Shown here: positions 43,380-54,200 of the stretch, piece by piece | How the letters are laid out: every line of letters starts with the position of its first letter | Position numbering within the stretch: the first letter of the stretch is position 1 | Source of the DNA: Candidatus Poribacteria bacterium | GTDB taxonomy: Bacteria > Poribacteria > WGA-4E > PCPOR2b | DNA: 64,000 bases | Reading direction: 5' to 3' | NCBI GenBank assembly: GCA_965218095.1 | Contig: OZ244587.1 | Coordinates: forward strand, 4,224,001 to 4,288,000 | The notes under the pieces: model-generated | Database searches by the model: none | Seen by the model: only the letters and a program-made list of their open reading frames with translations | What the model was told of the DNA's origin: nothing | Made by a program: the position numbers and the translations under genes

Positions 43380-44028
43380 ATGGGTTTCACCGTGTATGAT
43401 TGCCGGAAAGACATCCGTAATATCCTGGTCACCCCGCAGATGCGCGCTCGCTTTTGTCGTATGGAGCCGGGTTCCGGCTCCCACGACCAGTTCCATACCC
43501 ACGATCTGGGCCACGAGATCTTTATCATCCTGTCGGGATGGGTGGAATTCAAGATTAACGGCGAGATAACTGGGTCCGGATCAAATGTGTTATGCCTTAG
43601 CGGACGAGCCCCACTCCGTGCAGGTCATCGGGGATGAACCGGTGTATATGTGCCTCTCCGTCATCCCCCATATCTAGCCGGCGCATATCCTCTATTCCGA
43701 AGACGGTAAACGACTCCCGCCCCATTTTAGGCCGTCCAGCGACTATGACACGGAGACCGACTCGACCACGCCCATTGACAAATTGATTGACCGTCACGTC
43801 GATACGGACCGAGCGGTGGCCGAAATGACTCAAGCGAGCGCCCAGATCCAACAGGATATGGCGGGGGTGCTCAAGGGGGCGCTGGCTGCTGAGGACGAAA
43901 AGGCGGCTTCCGAGATGCGGAATGTCATGTGGGAGTCGCTGCGAGGTGCCTTCAAGAAGGTCAATGAGTTGGCGGGAAAATGGGACACGCTCTCCCCACG
44001 GGCAGGGGAAGTCCATGCCTACCATTGA
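43380..44028 (+). pseudogene. Cupin-domain protein, multiply frameshifted
   Basis: HTHDLGHEIF; continuation DEPH..VIPH and the C-terminal helices lie in other frames. Confidence 0.65.
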
Positions 44029-44132
44029 AAGTCGATATGAAAATTCCCTATAACTTTGAGCAACTGTAGTCAGTGTGTGCGAGTTGCTCTGCAGCGGCAT
44101 CGTCTAAATAGAAGAAAATGGAGGGAAATACC

Positions 44133-45218
44133 ATGCCAACTGTACGGATTGGCGTCGTCGGGTGCGGCGCAATCGCTCAGGTTCAGCATCTCCCCAATCT
44201 GCTTGAGCTTGATGAAGAGTTTGAGGTGCCCATTGTCTGCGATGTCTCGCCAGCCCAGGCGGAGTATATGGCGCGGCGGTTCCGGCTGCCCAAATATGTG
44301 ACCGATATCCGCGATCTGCTGGCGGCGGATATCGATGCGGTGGTGCTTTGTCACTCAGACCCCAAGACCGAGACGGCAGTGGTTGCTTTTGAAGCCGGTA
44401 AGCACGTCTTCATTGAAAAGCCTGTGTGTTTCTCCCTGCGTGAAGCTGATGCCATTATCGCTGCTGCACAGAAGTCAGGGAAGGTGGGTCAGTCTGGGTA
44501 CATGAAGGTATACGATCCGGCCTTTGAGCTGGCGAAGCGAGAAATCGATACGATGGACCCGATTCGTTTTGTGCAGATCAATCACCTGCATCCGAATAAT
44601 AATCTCCACCTGAGCCAGTTCAGGGTCAGTCAGTTCAACGATCTACCGCCCAGCGCCATCGAAGAGCAGCGGACTGCATGCAGAACCGCGCTGCGCGAGG
44701 CATTTGGGGATATGTTCGCTGCCGCCAAACCCGTTTGTGGCATCGCCTATGGGCTCATTCACGATCTCTATAGTCTCCAGACCATGTTAGGGGCACCCAG
44801 CGCGGTCGTCAGCACCGAAATCTGGAATAACTTCAGAGCCATAACGACCATCCTGGAATATCCCAATGGGGCCCAGTGTGTGGTCAGCCGGGTCGATCTC
44901 AATACGCTATGGGATTTCAAGGAAACCCTGGAGGTGTACAGCGATAACAAGCGGGTTATCCTGTCTTACCCGATGGGGTTTTCGCGCCGGGTGCTTGCGA
45001 AGTTGACCGTGCAGGGAATCGATGCGGATGGGACGAGTTTTCGCAAGGAGCCGGCGATTCCCTGGGAAAGCCCGTTCACTCATGAATTGCGCCACTTTCA
45101 CGAGTGCATCACCCGGGGGACACCCTCACATTCCTCGATCGCGCACGCACGCCACGATGTTGCGCTCATCATTGACATCACCAGGTCCTATATCACTCAG
45201 GCACCTGTGAATCGATAA
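44133..45218 (+). CDS. Gfo/Idh/MocA oxidoreductase
   Basis: GVVGCGAIA, GKHVFIEKP. Confidence 0.9.
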   Translation: MPTVRIGVVGCGAIAQVQHLPNLLELDEEFEVPIVCDVSPAQAEYMARRFRLPKYVTDIRDLLAADIDAVVLCHSDPKTETAVVAFEAGKHVFIEKPVCFSLREADAIIAAAQKSGKVGQSGYMKVYDPAFELAKREIDTMDPIRFVQINHLHPNNNLHLSQFRVSQFNDLPPSAIEEQRTACRTALREAFGDMFAAAKPVCGIAYGLIHDLYSLQTMLGAPSAVVSTEIWNNFRAITTILEYPNGAQCVVSRVDLNTLWDFKETLEVYSDNKRVILSYPMGFSRRVLAKLTVQGIDADGTSFRKEPAIPWESPFTHELRHFHECITRGTPSHSSIAHARHDVALIIDITRSYITQAPVNR

Positions 45219-45440
45219 CGTCCCGAGAGTCTTCGACTTGCCGCCTCCGGCCCCCGCCCCCTCCGGTCTTCGACCGAGAGTCCGAGACCGCAATCCTCTC
45301 AATTTTGGGGGGAAGGGGAGAATCGCAAAACTCCCGAAGTTCCGGTGCTCCGCACCGAGAATCCACGATGCGAAACATCGGGACCTGCCCCGATCCATCG
45401 GGGAATTGGGGGCCGGGGAGCGAATGTAACAAAGTCAAGC

Positions 45441-46475
45441 TTACTGTTCATCACCAGATCTTGTGTCTTCCAACTGTGTCTGTGCCAGTTTTGCGTCCAG
45501 GATGCGAATATCTCCGACCTCTTTCTGTTCATCCAACCATGCCTGTACTTCCTGTTCCAGTTTTTTCCGGAGGAGTTGTTCCTTAATCTCCTGACTGACC
45601 TCTGGATACGTTTTCTGGCGAAGGAGTTTTTTACCAAGTAGCCTAGCAATGAGGTATCCGTCAGGTGTCAGAAATGGTTGGCTTACTTCATCGATTTCCA
45701 GCTCGGCGATTGCCAATCCGACCTCCGTATTGGCAATATGCGTCTGTGGTTCTTGTACGACCAGGAGAAATGGGTTATCGCTGTAAGTTTGCTGAACCTC
45801 GCGAAATTCCCTACCTGCTTTTAAGTGGCAAAAGATTACCTCCGCAAGCTGCTTGGCTTCGGCTCGTTGATCTGCCGCATCCCCGGGGTTTGAGAGTACC
45901 ATAATATATTGAAACCGAATCTGCATCGGTTCAACAAATGCCAATCGATTTTGTTCAAAATATTGAGCTGCTTCTTGATCAATTTGTGCATCATTGATGG
46001 CGCTCCGAAATTGACGGGCAATCAATTCCTTCATGATTAAGTCGTTCCTGAGCCACTCCTCCAATTCCTGATATTCTAGTCCGCTTTCCTTCAGTTCCTC
46101 GAAGAATAACGCCTCAGAGGGATATGTGGATTTGATCGCTTCAATTTCTGCGTTCACCTTTTCCTGCCGAAGTGCGAGAGGAATCCCGATGTCATCCGCT
46201 TTTTGTAACATCAGCTTTCGTTCGATGAGATTCTCTAAGACTGCCCGTTTCACTTGATCTGAAGGGTTCTCAATCTCTCGAATAATCAATTCGTTCTCCA
46301 ATTCACTCCGCGCGATTGGCTGATCATTGACCACAGCGATCACGTAATCGATGATTCTCTCCCCTGCGAAACTGCTTGCCATGCAAATCAACTGAACAGT
46401 GAACAAAACGTGAAACGTGAAACGTGAAACGTGATGCGTAAAACGTAAAACGTAAGTTTCGTTCATTCCTTCCAT
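45441..46475 (-). CDS. SurA-like peptidylprolyl isomerase/chaperone
   Basis: IDYVIAVVNDQPI, LENLIERKLMLQKA, VSQPFLTPDGY; start codon uncertain. Confidence 0.8.
   Translation of the reverse strand: MEGMNETYVLRFTHHVSRFTFHVLFTVQLICMASSFAGERIIDYVIAVVNDQPIARSELENELIIREIENPSDQVKRAVLENLIERKLMLQKADDIGIPLALRQEKVNAEIEAIKSTYPSEALFFEELKESGLEYQELEEWLRNDLIMKELIARQFRSAINDAQIDQEAAQYFEQNRLAFVEPMQIRFQYIMVLSNPGDAADQRAEAKQLAEVIFCHLKAGREFREVQQTYSDNPFLLVVQEPQTHIANTEVGLAIAELEIDEVSQPFLTPDGYLIARLLGKKLLRQKTYPEVSQEIKEQLLRKKLEQEVQAWLDEQKEVGDIRILDAKLAQTQLEDTRSGDEQ
46406..46455. repeat. 7-bp tandem repeat (TTTCACG/TTTTACG)
   Basis: tgaaacg x3, tgatgcg, taaaacg x2. Confidence 0.85.
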
Positions 46476-46577
46476 TCTTCCTTCCTTTCCTTTCCCTATT
46501 TCCTAACGTAATGAACTGATGAATCCAACGGGCGAGCTGTGCCCGTGCGAGAATTGGACCCGCTCTACTTTCCTTCC

Positions 46578-48438
46578 CTACCATTCGTATTCTACCCGTG
46601 CATAGATCCGGTGCTTCGGATTTGGTTTTGTTGTGTTGTGTGATCCAAAACGCGATTGCGTATAACGGATTCTGCCGCTAAAACGTCGCCAATTCCACAG
46701 TTGCAGTTGCATGTAAAATTCCTTGGGATAAAGTATCTCTATTGATGAGAACGGTATCGTTGATTTTCCAACGCATTTCCCATTCGATCCCTTCCGTCAA
46801 AAACCATTCGACCTTGAAATAGACATAGTCATCGGGAGTGGTGCGAGATAAGGATTTGCGCTGCGATCTGCGATAAACAGGGGTCAGATAGAGCATCGGG
46901 GGTGGCTGAAAACGTAACCACAACAACCCACTCCGGCGTTCATCCCCCGCGATCGCGATCTCGTCGTCATTCCATTTGCCGGATATGCCGAATTCCAGGG
47001 GGTTGGCAGGGCGAAATACGATTTCGGTATACGCCTCATTGTCCATTTGCAAGCTTGATGGGTGCTGCCACTGATCATAGTAGGCTCGTAGACGCAGCCT
47101 GCGATGCGGGCGATAGCGAACCTGCAAAAACACGCCCACTTCGTCGATGTCGCCGTCCACATCCCCGTCTCTTGTGTCATCTGAATCCGCAAATCCGTGG
47201 CTGTGCGGATTATCGAAATCTGCACCGTATCAACGGAGAGATGCTAACAGCGAAACAGATCGTGTTCTGAAACCCGCTTCAAGGTAGCTTGCCCAACCGG
47301 CTTCGAGGCTGTGGGATATTTCGCCCCGCAGGTCAAGTTGCCGAATTTCCGTTCTTGCGTATAAGCCAACGGCACTCCACCCGCCACGATTGGGGAGATT
47401 CCGAAACTCCGTATCAACCCGCTTATCGATCCAACCGCGATACCAAACACCGCCAACTTCGGTGTTCCTCTGTAACTGAAAAGTAACCGTTGAACCAATC
47501 AGTCGCTCATTGTAGACGCGATTCACCCTTCGCCGAGACCTCAGTCCCGTCACAGCGGCCGGCAACGTCACCGGGGAATCTGAATCGGAAACGAAGGCTG
47601 TCCCACTCCAACCATCCACACTCCATGTGGCTGCAACCCCACGTTGTCGGTAAGACGAGGTTGTATCGTCCACGTAGATGCCTTTGGGAGAGAAACGGTG
47701 TGCGTCATTAAACGTCAAGCCAGATCCGAAGCCCGCCGTAAAATTGCCAAGGACAATTTGCTTCCATATTCCGCCCGGCGTCCATGCCAGGTAAAGCTTC
47801 TCAAAACGCCAGCCCGGTGAGATTAGATCGGGGCGTCCAGCCTCCCATTGATATGCCGTATCGTCTTCATGCTCGGCGGCGAAGCCTAAAAAGAATCGAT
47901 TCTCGAAATCAGATCGGATTCTTAGGCGCGAATAATAAGGCTCGCCATCTTTATCGGTCTCCGATGTGTCGATCCGCATCCGCCCATCAAGTCGGTCGAT
48001 CCGTGGGCGAATCTCTGCAAAGGCGCGAAGGGTTCGCCGCTGCTGTGCGCTGAGGCGCCTGATTCGCAATAGATCTTCCCACTTAATAAACCCATTCTGC
48101 TTCTGACACTGATCTAAGATTGCCAGCGCGTTACTGCGTGAAATGCCGGGGATGGCAATCAAGTCTGTCACATCTGCACGGTTGAGATTAATCGGATTTT
48201 CAAGCACCTCCAGGAGGACGAGCGCCGCTTCTTCGGTGATCAGCCCATCGGCTTCCAATTGGCTGATGTCGTCCTCATTCTGAATCTCGAAATCAACGGT
48301 GGACACAACGGTTTGTGCGGAGATTGGCGGAGATAACCACAGCAAGGAAGTACACCAAGCACAATACGTGAAACCCCGATGGATCAGCGCAGAGCCTGAT
48401 CTCGCGTAGCAGACTCTCGGTACGTAGCTGTGAAACAC
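46578..48438 (-). pseudogene. Helix-hairpin-helix (ComEA-like) plus beta-barrel protein, interrupted
   Basis: PINLNRA..IPGIS, LGNFTAGFGSGL; in-frame TGA at 47230 and a frameshift near 46730. Confidence 0.7.
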
Positions 48439-48649
48439 GAAGTGTGAAAGGAAGGAAACTCAAAGGGGATTTCCTAATTTCCTCATTTTCTTTTTTCAAT
48501 TTCCTATGAATGAATTCGCCTATTTCTTGAAGAATTCAGAAAAAATAGGTTGACAAAGACATCGAATAGAATGCTATAATCATATTCGCCGTTTCCTACA
48601 AAAGTTAGAGGACGAAAAGGGACCACAAACACGATAGGAGAAAATCGAA

Positions 48650-48801
48650 ATGATGGAAATCAAAGATGAAGGGATTTGTCGATTCTGTTTAAAAACCTTT
48701 GCCGGTCGTTCTATCGGAAGACATCTTGTCGCATGTAAGGTCAAAAAACAGAAGGACGATGAAAGCATGGCTAAAGCGAAGCGAACAAGGCAGAATTATC
48801 A
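48650..48801 (+). pseudogene. N-terminus of a Zn-finger protein (pRiA4b ORF3-like), interrupted
   Basis: SD AGGAG; EGICRFCLKTF..IGRHLVAC; breaks at GTGCG. Confidence 0.5.
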
Positions 48802-49120
48802 GTGCGTTTCTGTGTAGCAAGATGTAATGATAGTTCAAATCTATCAACGGTAACTTGCAACCGTAAGCCTAACCTTAACTGCGTTGCCTGAAAAGGCAAG
48901 GTGGAAAGCAAAGGGAAACGGCAAATGCCTGCGAGGGAATGTAGACCTTCAGAAGGCATGTCAGGCTAAGAACGTCATGGCTAAAACGAAAGTTGAACTG
49001 ATGTAAGCCTCGTTACTACAGAACAGGTGAATCTACGAGGGGGAAAGTTGGTAGAATTCCCCAACTACAGCCTGCAGACAAAAGTCAACGTGGTTAAGGA
49101 TAACGTTTTTATTATACGTA
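48802..49120 (+). mobile_element. Probable group II intron 5' fragment (domain I), truncated by IS982
   Basis: Starts GTGCG at the point the host ORF breaks; dense hairpins, no ORF; domain V and RT absent. Confidence 0.5.
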
Positions 49121-50061
49121 ACCCAAGTTGCGACCTATTCATCGAATATGTGAGTGAACTGAATATGTGAGTGAACTCAGAGCTGATTGATACTGCTAGC
49201 CAATACAAACAAGACCACTTTCAATTCAAATCCGTGTCGCGTTACTGCATGGATTGAACGTGGAAGCAGTTTGTTAATCAAACTGCCAGCCGTCTCAACA
49301 GACTTACGATGGTAATTAGCCAAGTAGGTCTCCCATGGTGGATACAGCCGCTTGGAATTCTTCTTGCGTACTGGCTTTAATTCGACTCCGACTGATGTAA
49401 CAATATCTTCTATCTCATAATTATTGTATGCTTTGTCACCATAGCCCGGTGGCAAGTCGAAGTCAAACCACTGTAACCCTTCAACGTCCCCTGTACTGGC
49501 TGGGGTCACAAAAAATTCAACAGGGTGTCGACTCGCAGTCACTAGCAGATGAACTTTCAAGCCATAGAAATACCGACGTTTGGACGCTTGATAGCCTTGA
49601 TATGCCTTATCGGTGTAGATTTTTGACCGACGAATGCGGAACAAACAGCAATTGGTATGGTATCCAGTGCATAGATTTTCTGTTGATTAAGTTGCACATA
49701 GCTTCGTCCCAAGATTTTGAACAATGTGGTGAACATCGGTTTAATTCGATGAAGTCGTCGGTTGAATCGACTTTTTGAAAGCATCTTGGGTATATAGCCA
49801 TGAGTCTTTAGAAAGTCACAAGTGGTTTGCAAGTTTGCCCCGAAGAACAACGCAGCGACGATGCCGGTGGTCATCACTTCGGCATCAGACATCTGCGTTT
49901 GTGGGTGTGGTTTTGAGTTGAGTGCTTCTAAGAGCTTGTCACAGAGATAGAAAATGGTTACAATTTGGATGTCCATGGGTTTCTCCTTTGAGGTATTATG
50001 GTTTGGATTACCTCTACTTTAACGGAAAACCCATGGATTTTCAATTACTAGCAACTTGGGT
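49121..50061 (-). mobile_element. IS982-family element, transposase frameshifted
   Basis: TIRs ACCCAAGTTGC; MSDAEV, SRFNRR, YFYGLKVH, GDKAY, RKSVET; no TSD seen. Confidence 0.88.
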
Positions 50062-50105
50062 TAGTATAGCAGAAAATCAATCCGTTGTCAATTTCTAAGA
50101 GTTAG

Positions 50106-50134
50106 TTGACACTGTTGATGGCGCGTGATATTAT
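50106..50134 (+). promoter_or_regulatory. Sigma70 promoter
   Basis: TTGACA-17 bp-TATTAT. Confidence 0.65.
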
Positions 50135-50137
50135 GAT

Positions 50138-50317
50138 ATGCCAAGGAGCAGGGTTCATTTGGCGTGATAAGAACCTACGCCATTTACTAGCGTGAGAAGT
50201 TTCAACCGGTTCAAGGTGTCGGTATTTTCAGGCATCCTGATAACTGGTATCGATTCCAAAAACTACAATCCACTTGCCCCGGTGAGTCTAGTTTACCCCT
50301 CGTCGAGGCTTTTGCAT
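50138..50317 (+). ncRNA. Candidate 6S RNA
   Basis: About 180 nt behind the promoter; partly complementary ends; long apical hairpin; GAACC.ACGCCAT and CCACTTG motifs. Confidence 0.4.
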
Positions 50318-50385
50318 GCCACATAGTGTCCGCCTCACTCAAGAGTATCGGCGTGCGACCGTGGCTTGCGAACAATACAGTTCAT

Positions 50386-51210
50386 ATGACAACCGAAGCA
50401 ATCATATCTGGGCTCCAGACCCAAACCATCGGACAGGCGATCGAGATCTATGATCAGCTTGGATCAACGAACGATCTTGCGCTGCAGCGCGGCATCGAAG
50501 GAGTGCGAGAGGGTACACTGATCCTCGCAGAGTACCAGAGCGCGGGGCGTGGACGACATGGCAGGAGGTGGCACGCCCCGTCCGGATCAAGCATCCTTGC
50601 CTCACTCACCTTACATCACCGACTGTTGGCGAACCAGGTTGGATTACCCAATCTCATCGGTGCGGTTGCGATTGCAACCGCAATCCAAGAGTTGACTCAG
50701 CTTCCGGCGCAGATTAAGTGGCCCAACGATGTGCTGATCCGTGGGAAAAAAGTGAGCGGCGTCTTGACGGAATTGGAATACGATCAACATCGGCAGCCGT
50801 TTTTTGTCGTGGGATTCGGCGTCAATGTCAACATATTACTGGCAGATTTTCCAGCGGGACTTCGTTCTTCCGCGACTTCTTTGCGGATCGAAAGTGGGAG
50901 GGAAATTTCCCGTATTGCGCTCATCCAAGCTATCCTGTGCCAGCTTGAGGAAAACTACCTGTACCTGAAGCGTGGCAAAACCGCGTCAATCATTGAGATG
51001 GCAAACAGGCTATTTATCGGTGGATGGATGCGGATCAAGACGACTGATGGCACCTTCGATGGTTGGGCAGAGAAAATAAATCAAGATGGAGGACTCCTGC
51101 TTAGAGATGCAAACTGCAACTGGCGGGAGTTTTTGGTCGGGGAGGTAATTCACACGACAGGCGGCTTTGTGGATGTAGTTCTTCTTGACGGTGAACCGGA
51201 AACATGCTAA
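50386..51210 (+). CDS. birA: Biotin--[acetyl-CoA carboxylase] ligase
   Basis: STND, QSAGRGRHGRRW, IKWPNDV, KKVSGVLTE. Confidence 0.93.
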   Translation: MTTEAIISGLQTQTIGQAIEIYDQLGSTNDLALQRGIEGVREGTLILAEYQSAGRGRHGRRWHAPSGSSILASLTLHHRLLANQVGLPNLIGAVAIATAIQELTQLPAQIKWPNDVLIRGKKVSGVLTELEYDQHRQPFFVVGFGVNVNILLADFPAGLRSSATSLRIESGREISRIALIQAILCQLEENYLYLKRGKTASIIEMANRLFIGGWMRIKTTDGTFDGWAEKINQDGGLLLRDANCNWREFLVGEVIHTTGGFVDVVLLDGEPETC

Positions 51211-51295
51211 GATACGCTCACATTTAAAACAGAATTGATACCAGCCTCCCTGTATCCGCGTAATCCTACGAAATCTGTCGTCCTAAAAGGAACTT

Positions 51296-54200
51296 ATGAG
51301 ACTCTCCTTACGCAATACGCAATACACAATATGCCCCATATTTCACATTTCACGTGCTAGATTTTTTTTATGCTTCCTCCGGGTTTTTCTTTTCAGCCTC
51401 CCAATTGCTCCCGCCCAACAGCACGATGCTGACGAAATCATCACGGCGGTGATACGCCACCAAAATCTCGGATTAGCGTACCTCGAAGAGTCTCAGCTAG
51501 GCCAAGGCATTGAGCAATTTCAGCGGCTCGTGAACCTGGTGCCTGACGAACCCATCGGTTACGGCAACCTCGCCGTTGCATATCTACGCCTCAAGAAAAG
51601 CGAGGAAGCCGAGGGGTGGGTTAAGCGGGGACTCGAAGTTGATCCGATGAACAGCCAGTTGCATTTCATTCTCGCGGAGATCTACCAATCGCAGGGCAGA
51701 ACGGAGAAAGCAGTTGCGGCGATTCAAGAGGCGGTGAAGCTCGCACCTAACAATCCGGAGGCGCGATACAAACTAGTGCGTCACTACTTGGCTCAACGGA
51801 ACAACCCGGAGGCAACCGATCAGGCAATCGCCCATCTGCGGGTGCTGCGTCAGCAATCCCTAACCAACGTAGTGGTGCTGATCAAATTGGCGCAATCCTT
51901 TTTACAGCGTGAACGGACTGAGGAAGCAAAGCAGATCTGTATGGTGTTGAATGCGCTGCTGTGGGATGTCGATGAAGAATTCCTGAAGTATTTGAAACAG
52001 GGACTGCTCCTGATAGACCAGGGTGACGCCAAAGGTGCAGCCCGATATCTTCGGATTTTTGATAATGTTCAAAAGCGGAGCCCCCGTTACCAGCAAGGGA
52101 TTGGAGAACTCGTGACCAACATCTTGGGACATCCAATTGAGGAGTTCAGTTCCGGTTTCAGGGCACGGGTGAAAGCGAAGCAGAGCCCGCCAATCCAGAT
52201 ACGTTTTGTCGATGTCACCCAAGAGTTGGGGCTCTCTGATCTGGAGGGAAAGCGGGTTAAGGTTATCGTGACAGACTACGATAACGATGGCGATCTGGAT
52301 GTGTACACTTTGTACAATCCAATGACAAGGAATCTCACCTTTCAGGCCAACCTTTTCCGGAATGAAGACAGAAAATTTGTTTACGCCGCAGAACTGGCAG
52401 TGGGTGGGGGAGATGCGGCTGCCTTTGCTGATTTGGATAAGGATGGCGACCAAGATCTGTATGTGTCAACTGGCGAGGGTAATATGTTTTTCCGCAACGA
52501 AGGAGATGACAAATTCACAGAGATTGCGGAAGCTGCGGGGATTCATGGCGATGGTGGCGGGCAAGTAGTCTCTTTTGTCGATTACGATCATGACGGCGAT
52601 CTGGATCTGTTCACGACAGGTGACCGGGTAGAGATGGATCGCAACAATTCGGATGGCACATTCAGTGATGTGGGCGATCAGACCTTCCTTCCATCCGATC
52701 GTCCCGGTGCTAGAGGTGCAGCCTTTGGAGACTTTGACGACGACGGCGATACTGATATTTTTGTCATAAACGATCAGACCGGTTGTACACTCTACACAAA
52801 CCTTCGCCAGGGGCGAATGCAGTCGATAACTCGTGAAACAGGGATTCCGCAAGATGACCCCTTCACAGCGGTTGCGGTTGGCGATTACGACAATGACGGA
52901 GATCTCGATCTTTTTCTGGCAACGAATGGCGAAACACCTCATCAACTTTACCGCAATCGCGGGGATGGTACATTTGCTCCCGATATCCGTTCGCACGAGC
53001 AAACACTAAGTGCAACAGACGGTGTTCATGGCTTAGATGCGCATTTCCTCGATTATGACAACAACGGTTTTTTGGATCTGTGGTTAATCAGTAAGCGACG
53101 AGAAGGTGATGGACGAGGGGTTTTTCTATTTCGGAATGACGGCACAGGGAGGTTTGTCGAGGCTCCAGACCTACTGCCTGACACAGTCCGAAACGGTCTT
53201 GATGGGGCAGTCGGTGATTATGACAACGACGGAGATCTCGATCTCTTCCTGATTGACGCTAATGATCGGGTAGTCGCGCTGCGTAACGAGGGCGGCAACC
53301 AAAACGGTTGGCTGCAAGTTCGGCTGGAAGGTGTAAACGCCGGGAACAACAAGAACAACATTGACGGCATCGGATCCAAAGTGGAACTCAAGGTCGGTGA
53401 GCTCTACCAGATGAAATACGTCACTGATCCGATGACGCATTTCGGTTTGGGGGCTGTGGAACGGGCGGATGTGCTGCGAGTGATTTGGTCCAATGGCGTG
53501 CCGCAAAACGCCATCCTGCCCAAGGCGAATCAGCGCATCCACGAAAAACAGGTTCTGAAAGGCTCCTGTCCATTCCTTTACATCTACGATGGCGAGGGCT
53601 ATCGGTTTTTGACAGACCTCTTGTGGCGCAGCCCGCTTGGGCTAGTCACGCCGATGGGATTCCTTGCACCCGCTGAAACCGCAGATTACGTTAAAATCCG
53701 CGGAGATCTCATGAAACTGAAAGCCGGCGTCTATTCACTTCAGGTCACGGAGGAGCTTTGGGAGATCGCCTATTTTGATCAGGTCAAGCTCCTCGCCGTA
53801 GACCACCCCGCAGGAACACAGATATTCGTTGATGAAAAATATACCGCCCCGCCATTTCCTGAATTCAAAATCTACACGGCAAAAGAAGTCCATCAACCGC
53901 GTGCGGCATTCGATCATCACGGAAACGATGTCTCCGACGCGCTCAAGGAATTCGACTATCATTATACAGTTGAGCACGAGCCGGGAACGTTTCAGGGCGT
54001 CGTTAAACCACACTTCATCGTTCTCGATCTCGGCGATGCGTCAAACGATCAACCGCTTACCCTATTCCTCACCGGTTGGATCTTTCCCACGGATACGAGC
54101 ATCAACGTTGCCCTCTCCCAGAACCCTTCGATTACCCCAAACTTCCCCTACGTCCAAGTGCGCGACACTCAGGGCAGATGGCAAACAGTCATCGACACAA

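Noticed and set aside
34667-47232. In-frame TGA codons (34667, 34838, 47230) as selenocysteine or stop-codon recoding, given selA
   Set aside because: Contexts fit CGA-to-TGA decay; other broken genes have TAA/TAG stops and frameshifts; intact genes terminate at TGA; no SECIS recognised.
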